A stretch of DNA of 62,471 bases from Phoronis australis (lineage: Eukaryota > Animalia > Phoronida): positions 92,766-155,236 of the forward strand of contig NMRA01000773.1 of assembly GCA_002633005.1 (NCBI GenBank). The letters run 5' to 3'. Each line of letters starts with the position of its first letter. The stretch's first letter is position 1. The notes under the pieces are model-generated. The model did no database searches. It was given only the letters and a program-made list of their open reading frames with translations, and was not told the DNA's origin. Both the position numbers and the translations under genes were made by a program. Positions 24,781 to 36,659 of this stretch are shown here, piece by piece.

Positions 24781-25459
24781 TAACTCATGGTTTCAGCAGT
24801 GTCCTAGTTGGCCCAAAACTTGCTATTTGATTCTTGGTATGCTGTTGTTTGCGTCGATCACGGGCAATTGAAAATGCAAATTGACCACTTGACCTAAACT
24901 GCTGTGTTAGAATCTAAATCCAATGCATACTATTCCCGTGACAAGTTAAACACGGGTGACTTCCGACACATCTCCATCTTAAACTTTGAATGTGCCGATG
25001 TTGCAGCGCATAGTCATCAAGTTTTTTCTTCGTAGAAATCATGGTGAAACCATGAAAGAAACCTGGTGGAAATAACTACATCATTTAGAATTTCACGGGA
25101 AAGTTTTGGTACATAATTTTCCCAATTTTGGACCGCACGAAATAACGTCCGATTAATTTGAATTCTACCGTAATAGCAGTTTCGTTGTTTGATTATACAT
25201 GTTACTCACCGAAAACAAACATCACCTCCGTGACGGTCCGTAGCGTGTTCCGTGACAATTGGCCGGTTTTCCCTTCAGTTTCCCTTTCATCGGATTCCTC
25301 TGGTTCGAACAAATACGACACTAATCCATTAAATTGTTGTTTCTACATTTTCTTAATCTTCCGTTTCGCCGTACATTGAACTCTGCAGCTGTAACGTCCG
25401 TCCATCGCAAGGTACAGCTGTATTATGCTAACCAGTATATAATTTTAAAAACTGATCCT

Positions 25460-27070
25460 TCAGTAGATTTCATCAAAACTTGGCCAACTTTGCAAATTCT
25501 TGGTTGGACTTTTACTGAAAACATCTGCATTGCTCCAATACTTAAATATTGATAGCCTAAGTAAGCCAAAGTGTTCTCAGGGGGACAAGCGTGTGACAAT
25601 CCTAGATACATGGAGGTTAAGAATGGCACAACTGCAATCGTTAGACAACTGGCCTTTGCACATGTGTCAAAAAATCTTAATTGGTTTCAACTTCTGCTGA
25701 ACGCCTGCCGTTACTTGCTCGATGTGCGTGAAATCGAATTTTGCTTAACCTGAAGATTGCGTATGCGTGAGCTTGGAATTAAATACACATTAAAGAAAAC
25801 AGGTGAATATTTTGTTCAATGTAGAGAAGTTTTGGAATTATTAGTCCCACGATCACCCATTTTACCCGTTAGCGAATTATAGTAACGTGAACGAGATTAT
25901 TTGAGTGAAGAAGCCATGTTTTCTCGGGTATTCTAAATTAACGTGGACAGATTGTTCTAAAACCCCCTCGTCCCCACACACCTCGACCCACGAGTCGACC
26001 CGCTCGACTCTCGACCGCCTCGAACCACGACCCACAGCCCACAACACCTCGACCCACGACCCACAACCCCTCGACCCAGTCTACACAAGTTCGACTAGAT
26101 CTGAACATAGAACATGCGCTGACCTGCAGGACCAACGAGTTGGACCGTGAGCTCGGCTGGCTTTTTCCTGTTTTTGAAATTATGAGTCGATCCTGAGTGT
26201 AATCGTCTCGTCTGCTCTTCATTGAATGGCAGATTCAACCAATTTGCGGAGAGTCCAAGGAACCGACAAAACTTTAATTTAATCGGTAAATACAGTTTGA
26301 AAAAGCAAACTGATAACTAAAAAGTATTTCAACAATATATGAAGTATATTGTAAACGAGTATACAACGGAAAGTATTAAAAATGTTAATCTATGTACATT
26401 CACGTTAAATTATACTCTCTCCCTAAATTTAGTAGCCGCTCGTGGAACTATTTCCGTGTCAAAGATAGCGCGTTCACAATGCACTATTTCAGATCACGTT
26501 GTCACACTACACTAAATCACCAGACTTGAGCCAGAGCAGACTGGCGTGAAAGGTATGTCTTATGGGACAGTCACTCACGCTACGTAATAATATTATGAGA
26601 TATGTAAAAAGGGCAAAATACATCTATTGCCACAGGTTGTGGGTCGAGGGGGTCGTGGGTCGAGGGGGTCGTGGGTCGAGGGGGTNNNNNNNCGAAGGGG
26701 TCGTGAGTCGAGAGGGTCGTGGGGGTTGTGGGTCGAGGGGGTTTTAGAACAGTCCAACGTGGACCCATATAGGATCTTGAGTTCAAGCGTAATTCCAAAT
26801 TCATATTCGAGCTCCGCAAGACACTCAGTTTGGATTGACACTTCTCCCGGCATCCAACTTTTCTTAATGCACCAGACCAAAAATAAAATTAAGCCAAAAA
26901 TCTGTATTAAATTAAGACCATTTTGAAAAAATGCTATGTTATGTCGAAAGGCTGTTGTTTGGGCTTATGTTTCGAATAAAAGTGTTTGCGTAAAGATCCG
27001 TTTCATTTAGTTTTTAACAAACATGATGCAGAAATAGACATTAGTGTCTTTAATGAAATAAGCAGTAACT
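25460..27070 (+). repeat. Dispersed repeat, homologous (inverted) to 55740-56925, interrupted by a MITE
   Basis: Colinear blocks such as CATCTGCATTGCTCCAATACT, GCGTGAGCTTGGAATTAAA and AATTCCAA.TTCATATTCGA. Confidence 0.8.
25949..26755. mobile_element. Mutator-like non-autonomous TIR element with 9-bp TSD
   Basis: TSD AACGTGGAC at 25940-25948 and 26756-26764; TIR (A/G)GA(T/C)TGTTCTAAAACCCCCTCG; subterminal (CCTCGACCCACGA)n arrays in opposite orientation. Confidence 0.88.
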
Positions 27071-28342
27071 ACCTACTGTAAGTGCTCGTATTTCCGTAGT
27101 CGTTCCAGTGATATCACTCTTTGAGATAATTTGAAAATTGAAATTGAAGTCCTTTAACCCCTTAACTTAAGTATCTTGCTAATAATGCTCGGCGACATTT
27201 TGCTTTAGTTGTTCCTATTTGTCAGTATTTTGCATGCAATGCACCAGTCACGCTGGTTTGTCTACAGTGAACTTTCGCGGCTAATTAAAGTAAAGCGTTC
27301 GATCTCCCTCCATATCGATGACTCTAGGTCGCCAAATCGAACGCTGATCACTGTTACAAGCCAGTGCTGCATTCGTCGAGCATTTATCCGGTAAAAAATC
27401 TTTGCTACATTGTATAACCGCCTGCTTTCTCCTGTCATTGCCAAGTACACCCTGGTTGCGGCGGGACTTTAAACTATTAACGTCCACTAAGAGGTGGGCC
27501 TGCTTTCGGTTTTCTGGCTAACGTATGCTCTTGTATTGTACTTGCGCTCATGAAATATGCCAAACGATGGCTACTAGCACTATACAAACAATGGATAGGA
27601 ATACACTTGACACTTTTTACTTTATAGTTCTGTCACATTTACAAAAATTCACCGCGACTGTAAGATTAGGTCACAACTCTTTGGAAACTCTACCTCTACG
27701 TAATTTGAGATCCATTTTGGCAGGAAGAGATAACCAGGAAGGGACAACTGTTTTAGCGCATTTTAACGTATTTTCAAAGGTGATTTCAAAAGTAAATGTT
27801 AAAGTAGTCTGGAATCCAAGCATTGTGTTTGAAAGCTTAACTCTTTAGCTATAAAATAACACCACTTTTGTCCCCAAAGACTTCATATTAATGGCACTGG
27901 GATGCTTTGAACATGACTTGTTTTACCCTTCCAAAAGATGCCTCTTCCCAGGCATGTACTCGGGCATGATCCTCTTTTTTGAACCAACAGATGTCACTAA
28001 TATATGCAAATGAGGCTCGCGTCGTCTACGTCATACGACGTCATACGGCGCGAGCTTCCAATTTGAACCCTCGAGTGCCTATAGTGAATGACTTGAAACG
28101 CAGTTCTATCTGATTGGGCAGATCTAAGAAAATTAAGAACTCATACAAGTCAATGTTCAAAGAACATTGAATGGTTTCACATGAAAATACATTTAATTGT
28201 ATTTGGATACGTTTGCATGTGTGTATGCGTGGACTTCGTCATTTTGCTTAAATCCAGATTTAGAAGCAGGTGTTAGTCAAGAAATTAGCTGCTCCCGCCA
28301 CGGTGGCCGGTGTCGTGGCGTCGCCGGGAAGTCTGATCCATG

Positions 28343-28502
28343 CATGCGCAATTCGACGAACTAATGCTAGTCGCTGGTCAGCTCTGCTATGATTCATGCG
28401 CAATTCGACGAACTAAATGCTAGTCGCTGGTCAGCTCTGCTATGATTCATGCGCAATTCGACGAACTAATGCTAGTCGCTGGTCAGCTCCGCTATGATTC
28501 AT
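28343..28502. repeat. 52-bp tandem repeat x3
   Basis: CATGCGCAATTCGACGAACTAATGCTAGTCGCTGGTCAGCTCTGCTATGATT three times. Confidence 0.92.
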
Positions 28503-29850
28503 TCGAGACGTGCGGCTTAACTCGAACCTATACCCGTGTTCTGGCTCCAAGGTCGTTTTTTGACCCAGTTTCGGGAAAAGTTCATTTTAATACGGTCATT
28601 TCCTGAAGATTTTTTGGAAAGATATGATCCCGAAATCCTTGGCCTATAGAGCTGTATCAAAATTCCTTGTTGAAACACGGCCACTGGTCCAGCTTCTGCA
28701 GGGCGGCTGGGAAAATGAACGCGTGTCCCAAAAAAGGACACACTTCAACCCCTCAGTGCAGTTCAAGTTCTTTCCCCGTCAATCACTGTGCGCGGATTCT
28801 ACTGCATGACTACACCTTATTTTTAACGTGGGTGCGTCACTGAGTCACAACGTGTCCAGCCTTTGCAGTGTGCACGGGAATGGCAAGCAAACGATTCGGT
28901 CTAGAAGAACCTAAATTCATTGCACAATACTGGGAACTACAAGCATCAAGGAAGTGCAAAGACAATCTTTCCAAATTTATGAGCAATGACTTGAACTTCT
29001 TTTTTGATCTACGGTTTGTAAATTTTTGAATTTCATTAGTCTAGTTTTTAATTCAATAAAGCATTTAGAGCTGCCCGACATTCAAGAAATACCCCTGTTA
29101 TCGTTTAGGGTCCTTCTTTGCGATATGGTGGTCTGATGATGGATCGAATTTTTGCCTTCAGGCTTCAACTAAGTTCAGTGACGCATCGCCATTTCTTACA
29201 AGACAGCTTCTGTGCTGTGCACGAATGTTTTGTGTTTTTGATGAATTTGGAATCTCAACTTCCCCTCATGAGTAGTTGGTAGTGTCATGCCGGAGGTGTA
29301 CAGAAGGCGCAGTACTGAAAAAAGTGAGGGCTAAAGCCCCCTCAGCCCCCCTGTAGTGCACCGCCTATGGACCACTGGAAAACTTGGACTGAATTAATAC
29401 GCTCCGAAAAACTTTTGCTTCACAAATTTTCTCGAATTTTCGAAATACATGTATGAATGATTAAGTACACATTTTCAAGGGCACTTAGACGACCTATGCT
29501 GCAAAAACGGAGACCCTATCAACAATTGTCCTGGCCAGGGCCCTCAAATGGTAAGCCATACACTGATACCGAGTTGTCAATGTTCTCTTGAATTTTCGCT
29601 CTGATCAGTATTCGAAGTCTTTCTTTTTTGTCTTTCCCCAGCCCCACACCTTTGTCGGTTGCCATGGTTTGACCCTGAGGCATGCAATTTTTTTGGGGTG
29701 GCACTCGCCCTCCCCCCGCTTACTAAGGTCCTGATGCAAGGAGTCCATCGTTGGTCCAAGGTCAATGTTGTGTTTCAACACGCATTCGTTGTATAGCTTG
29801 AGCATTAAATTAAAGGTTTAAGAAATACAGTATCAGTTTTGCGCGTTTAA

Positions 29851-31146
29851 AGGCGAAGGCAACCTTTTTTCATGTCATTTTTAGCAAAAATAAGGTTCGT
29901 TGATTATCCCAGACATATTTTTCACTTATTTACTGCTTTTCGTAATTTAATTGATTACTCGTTGTCTACTCCGGAAGTGACGTTTTGGGAGGCAAGAATT
30001 TCGCGCCAATTTCTTTTCATATAGTCTGACTGAGAGCAGTCGAGTCAGTCATTGTTCTACCTCGGTTGTGATAAGTTCGGTCGTCGTTTGCTTTTGCTTA
30101 GGAGTCAGTCAACATGCCACGCTGTTGCTGCGTACTGGGGTGTACTCATTATTGTCTCACGTACAGAGTAAGAACTGTCCCACTTGCCCGAGTGTCCCGC
30201 GACACACTCCCACTGAAGAGTGATCTGAGCACCCAAATTGCTTGCATCCCGCCGTGTGACTCCCTCGCCACACACCTGGCACCTTCCAAATAGCTCCAAT
30301 ACAAGTCCACAATAAACTTATCAAACTTAGGCTCACCGATCTGTTCATTGGATGACGAACTGTCCTCTTCACTGGGTGTCGAACTGGGCCTGTATTCACT
30401 CCCACTACTCAACATCGCTGCAGGACTGCTTACAGGCTCTGGGCTCAGAGACAACAGCACAGGGCGAATCACTGCTAGTTTCCGAAATTGCACGCAATGG
30501 GGTACGTTCGGAGGCACGGGTGACAGCAGATGAAGTGCCTCCAGTCAGTGTATATAGTGGCCACAGCTCCCAAGGCTTCTCGCTTCAAAAACGCACTTCT
30601 CGGGGTTGGCGACGGGGCACTGCCGGGAATCGACAGCGACGGTATGGTACCCTTCTTAAGGCGTTGTTTTGCAGGGACCTTCATCAATTCAGCGTGCATA
30701 TCTGTCATAATCTGACGGCAGACAATGCTTGCCACACACTCGGTAACCCTCCACTGCTTTGTACGTTGCGTGGACGGGTAACTCTGCGTTCTTCACATGA
30801 ACGAGCTAGCCAAGTACGCGAAGTGTGTCATCCTTCGGAAAGCGACGCAAGGTACCCAAAGCGCGTGTGAGACGTGGCATGTTGACTGACTTGTAAACAA
30901 AAGCAAACGACGACCGAACTGATCACAACCGAGGTAGAACAATGACTCACTCGACAGCTCTCACAGTCAGACTATAATGAAAAGAAATTGGCGCGAAACT
31001 CTTGCCTCCCCAAACGTCACTTCCGGAGTAGATGACGAGAAATTAATCAAATTACGAAAAGTTGCAATTAAGTGAAAAATGTGTCTGGGATAATCAACGA
31101 ACCTTATTTGTGCTAAAAGTGACATGAAAAAAGGTTGCTTTCACCT
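29851..31146 (-). mobile_element. Kolobok-type DNA transposon derivative with ~270-300-bp inverted ends, TTAA TSD and decayed THAP-transposase
   Basis: TTAA|AGG...CCT|TTAA; 29851-30121 inverted to 30873-31146; minus strand RRFPKDDTLR, RVCGKH, RLKKGTIPSL (THAP), then GAQITLQWECVAGHSGKWDSS. Confidence 0.85.
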
Positions 31147-32903
31147 TTAATTGTGCGTGTAAAAGGGTTTATAGATTCGTACTGAATTTGTTGCTGCAAC
31201 TTGTCTCATGGGCCTGTATCCGGCACGTGACCACAAATGTGGACACTAATTCGGCTATTGCGCAAGTCGACTGTAGCAAGGTGGCCAGTGAAAATGTAAG
31301 GCAGTGACAACTCGCATTTCTAGTCTCTTATTATGAAAACCATTGAAGGCAATTACCAGCACCTGCAAACAAGAATTTGGAAGTATGGAGAATTTCAACA
31401 GGAGTTAGTTGTATACTTAGTCGCGAAGCTACCGACATTCCAGCCACGGTTACTGCCGGTCCTTTGAAGCAATTATAGCACATATATACGAATTTTTAAG
31501 AATGGCAAGGGTGCGTTGTGTGTTGACGGAAATGTCCATGGCGTCAAGGAATTTGAGGCATTTAATGATGAACAACACCTAGCAAAACTAACTTCCAAGT
31601 ATGCATACTGTGGCGGAATTAAGAAATACGATTATGGCAGTGCTAACTGTAGCAGAACCACAAAGTGTGCTAAAATGGTAGAAAATTAGGCATAACATTT
31701 TTGTAGCCTGAGCAGATAAAAGGTTGATTGGCGCAAGAGAAGGCCGATGTCTTCAATGCTCAGAAAAATTTCGGCAGGCAAGAGACTTGCCAAGAAAACG
31801 ACACAGTTGAGTCCGGGCATTCTAAAGGAAGAACTGCAGCCAATTCCAATTATTCGGTGCAACTTCTCTCACCCGACAGTGTTGTTTCACGATACCGCAA
31901 CCTCAAACAGCGTCAAAGAAACAAAACGCGGAGGATGAGATATTACAGAGTATTAATATTTATTCTTGGATACAGGTGTCCACCTCAAAATTAATTTCCC
32001 ACGGCCATTCTTTATGCCAATAGCAATGTTTTCGTCAACTGAAGAACAGGAATCATGACATCCCGCACGCTCCGTCTATGGTTCTGACACTTCAAACTTT
32101 TGTCAACACGACATGTAGCCGCAGAAAGTTTGATGTTGACCTCATTCTAATCTCTGCAATCCACTGTCAGGGGACGAAAACAATTCAAAGTCCGCTCCTC
32201 GAAATAGGGCTTGCTTAGCTGGAATTCAGAACTGCGGTCATGAGAGTGTTTTCACCTCCTGATTGCGAAGCGATCGAGTGGTATCTTCATCAGCGCGTGC
32301 TCTCAGTGGGAGGTCACCGCTTTATCCACTCAAGCGCTCGACCAACAACTGACGAGAGTCTCAGAACTCCCACATGCAAATTTGATATGCAAATGAGGGA
32401 GTACTTGACTACTGCGCCATCTATACATCGACGGAAAAGCTTAAATACCCGTGACTGCGTGTGGGAAGTTGCGATTGAGTGCTCTGAAGTCGATATTTTT
32501 AAAGTACAATTACACCACTGTATAAGGTTGCAAAGTGAGTTTTTTGATATCCTTCTATAGAAAAAGCTTTAATCTCTCTGATAAAATCATCTGTTTCCTT
32601 TTAAACGAAACTTAAGTCCTGAAATTAGACCGGGGAAGGAGGCCAAAAACGGCGATTTAGCTAGTTGTCCCTTCCTGGTTATCTCTTCCTGATTTTGGCT
32701 ATAGCCTTTACCATTATCTTACACGCGAATTGGCTATTCTACTACTAAATCATGTCAACAATCAATAAAAACAAATAGTCATTCAAAATGGCAAGAAGAC
32801 AAAGGCAGATCACAGACCTTCTCGTATATAAATTGACAAAATATACAAACTTTCAATAAAATACAATCAGTAGAAGTACAGCAAGGTTAAGGCGATAAAT
32901 GAC

Positions 32904-33230
32904 CTATATGTGAATGTTCGTCATCCTTGGTAAACTGACAACACTTTCACTATGAAGCAGATGTTCCCTTGAGTTGTGGCTTGCTAGCACCATTTGCTTT
33001 GGAGAGTGATTTTCAGCATTGCTTGTCCAAATTTGGGTCGAGTTGTTTTGATTGATGTGTTGATTATATGATGTTTGTGCGTTACTAGACGAACGACCGT
33101 TGGCCAAAGGTAAACTTTTTTGTCCAGACATTGGCCTTCGATTGGTTGACGGGGAGTTTGGTGGAGTGTAGTCCGGCGGAGGCATATCTAAATTACAATC
33201 ATCGTAGTCGGGTGGAGGCTCGTCGAACTT
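32904..33230 (-). CDS. PTCHD3-like terminal exon 19 (cytoplasmic tail with two PPxY motifs)
   Basis: atttcag acceptor in phase 0; KFDEPPPDYDDCNLDMPPPDYTPP...TNIHI, stop TAG at 32904-32906. Confidence 0.82.
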   Translation of the reverse strand, partial: KFDEPPPDYDDCNLDMPPPDYTPPNSPSTNRRPMSGQKSLPLANGRSSSNAQTSYNQHINQNNSTQIWTSNAENHSPKQMVLASHNSREHLLHSESVVSLPRMTNIHI

Positions 33231-36200
33231 CTGAAATTGCGTTTGAAAGTAATGAAATGAATTAGTAGTGATCAGATTACAAATATCACATTCTTTGTTT
33301 CTGTCTGTTATAACAGCTGTTATCTGGACCACACATAGACCTTTGCCCAATAGGATACAATGCAAGACTTCATATGGTAAAACTGGGCACAGTCTGACTG
33401 ATCACTTTAAAAGTCTGTCGGACTGCAAGTCGCACCTGGTCGCAATGCTAACGTCATTCAAAAAGACCCCAACACTGTTACTGCTATCGGTTTTGCAAAA
33501 AATAGAATTTTGAAACAAAATGACGAAGGGATTTCCGTATTCCACGCCGGAATCTCCAGTAACCAGTGCAAAGGAGAGACCCACTGCACATCATTTTTAA
33601 ATCTGTGCAGACAATACTAAAGATACGAGCATGTGTACACTCCTCTTCAACTCACCTTGTTTCCGAAGCCTGAGTTAACGATGCCATGCTCGGGATCTTT
33701 CTCTGGGTGTTCTCGTGCAAACTCTTCGTCAACCTCATGTTGATGGACAGCTGTCATGTAAGGGGCGGGGCCAATCCAGCTGAGAAGGACGGGTAGAAAG
33801 GCCAAACCATGGAACAGTCCATATACCACCACTCCGAGAAAAACCTTGAATATCAGAAGCATGTTAGAATGCCCGAGAAATTTATTAACAACGACACAAC
33901 GACCACGAATTCTAAATCCAAACATCTTATCATTTTTGGAGAAATTCTTTGGCACATTACACGAAAATGAGCATTTTTATATCTAAAACGTGCACACATG
34001 AATGAGGTGGAAAACGTAAAAATCTGATTGCCAGATCAAAAATGGTCAAGAAACCTACTTTAAAGTTCCTACGGCCTCACTGACTATAAAGCATGCAAGA
34101 TGTCTGACTTACCTGAATGGTAGTAAACAAATGTGATTGGTTCAAAAACCCGAGAGATGCTTAATACTGCTAGGACTTGCTCATAGAGAACGCTCGTGTC
34201 TATCAATTTATCTTCACTTGTGTTACTTCGCATGGTTAGAGTAGGCAGTCTAAGCAATGCATTTTATGCCACGAACGTGTCCTATTTAATTTGCCACGAA
34301 GAAGACGGCAACAGTATATACAGAGACTTAAGTCGTGTACTCAGTGATTTCGTGCATCGATCTTGCCAAAATCGCGAAGTTCTCGCCTTACTGGTTGCAC
34401 CCTGGACCTGACTCTGTTGGTGGTCTGACAAGATTGAGCTCTTTTCCGACAGTATACGTGTGGGTTTCATCACATATGGTATAGAGTGGAAAATTGCTTT
34501 CGCTTAAAACGGAATTCATTAGTAAATTATCCAACTTACCTTAAAAAATGTGGTGAAGACGTATGAGGTTGACATTGCCAGTAGGATGAATGCAAGAAAT
34601 GTACTGAATCCGCCATTGAATACAGCCGGTCCCATATCGCCTATGGTGGTCAAAGCTCTCTCTGAAAACACAGATTACAAGGTTTAGCCCCTGGACAAAA
34701 CACTATTCTATAGTTCAACCGGAACATATCTGAACTGTCGGTACCCTGATAGTCTAAGAATACACGAAGCTAAGGTTGCTGAGGGTATAATTACTGGGTA
34801 CACATTTAATTATGCCGGTTTTTGACATATTACACAGGTGGGTTGGACATATCAAACGTATGGTGGTTTTGCTCATTGCGTGATTGGATGTTACTTACAG
34901 TCATCAAAGGAATCTATAGCTACCATCGCCAAAGTCAACAACCCTGTGCTCATGTCTAAAACGAGGTTAAGCATTTAAAATCGCTAGTCACTCTCACGTG
35001 AAACGTAGTGCAATCCATCCGTCTCTGACTAGATAATGTTGGGTTCCATACAGTGCAACCGCGTGTTCTGCCTGTAATTGACCTTAATCTCAGTCAACTT
35101 TTGAGTGGCAGGGGTCCAAGTCTTTGGCATTCTATTCTAATAGTCCGATGGTTCTATGGTCTGGATTTTCTTTCTACCGACTACTGAAACTTAACACTGC
35201 AGATTTCGGTTATACATGTAGAACCTTCATGTATTTTCTGACATCTTTTGAGAATACGTAGGTCCGACAATCGAACTGTTGGAAAGGTGAACCTTCGCAT
35301 TACTGAGACGCACCCGACTGACAGTGTACATGTACTTGCACATTTGTTCTCGTTGTTTGGATTAGGTTTGCTCTTTAAAATCGGCTCACACAACTCATGG
35401 CACTCCCCATCTGTCTGCAAAACGGCCAATACATGACAACATCTGGCGTTAACTTTCGTGATCTCCGAAGAAACTAGAAAGCTACCCAATATAGTTAATT
35501 AATCTCACCGTTGCGTGTGCCTATTTCAGTCATGAACATGTGCGCGATGTGAGCGGAGTAGTCCACGGCCAGTCCAATAGCCAGGATGACTTGAACAGAG
35601 CTTACTGTATCGATTGTCAGGCCCCAGAGGTACATCATACCTCCCAAATCGACCTGTGCAATAAAAAGTAAGTTTTCAGTGGCACATTTTCATGTTTTGT
35701 TCATAACGAGAAGCAAGGCACGTGACATTCCTGATCTGTTGTACCAAACCCTTCCAACATGCATATGCTTTTATCATAATCCACACATTTTCTCGTACGT
35801 TGAAATGCCATTGCTGCCACAATTGGCTATTACCGTATCTACTTAATAAATTCATGGGCTTGTTATCAGGTGTCGGGTTTTAAAACAGTCCGGTGGGTTT
35901 TGCCCCGGAGGGTTTAAAACCCACCGGATACGGAACTACAATAATGCCATGGAGGTTCACCAGTCAAACTTCAAGAGCAAACTTACAAGAGTCAGCACGA
36001 CACAGAGTAGAACCATTAAACTTGTCCATAGATTGGCTATGAGAAGCAGCGTCACAATAAAGACACAGCCAAAGGCCAACCCGATGTTTCTGTACAGTTC
36101 TTCTTGAATAACCTATGGTTGGAAATACAGGATATGATCATTACACTGTAATACGATCTCTGCACCAATACCAGCTCTCTAAAAATAGTGCTTTGTAACC

Positions 36201-36628
36201 CTTTTTAACACTAAGACGTTTGACGTATCTTTGAAAACGCCATACAAAATTTACTGAACGGGCAAGTGTGACCTATACACTTAAGACGTGTTACACGGCA
36301 ACTGTGGGGAAATCCACCCACCAAGAACCACAATATTCAATATACAATGAGTATGCGTTATTAATTGAACCCTTCTGATGTCATTTAAGTTTTTATTTGA
36401 AATAGTTTTTTATTCAATATAATAGGTACGGTAAAGATCATACAATTACAGATGCAATAACTTTTTGTTCTAGTCAAGGAACTGTTAAGGTGTTAACTTA
36501 CAGTGCTGATATGTACACAGGTAATTTGACATTGGAGAAAAAACACAGTAGAAGCTATGATTCATTCAGATTAAGCAAACAAGGTCAAGACCTTGCCAGC
36601 GTTCTATAAATTCACAATACTTCATTTT

Positions 36629-36659
<31 letters not shown>

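Noticed and set aside
31300-31950. Possible transposase remnant (GKGA..DG, GGIK)
   Set aside because: Motifs too short and fragmented to support
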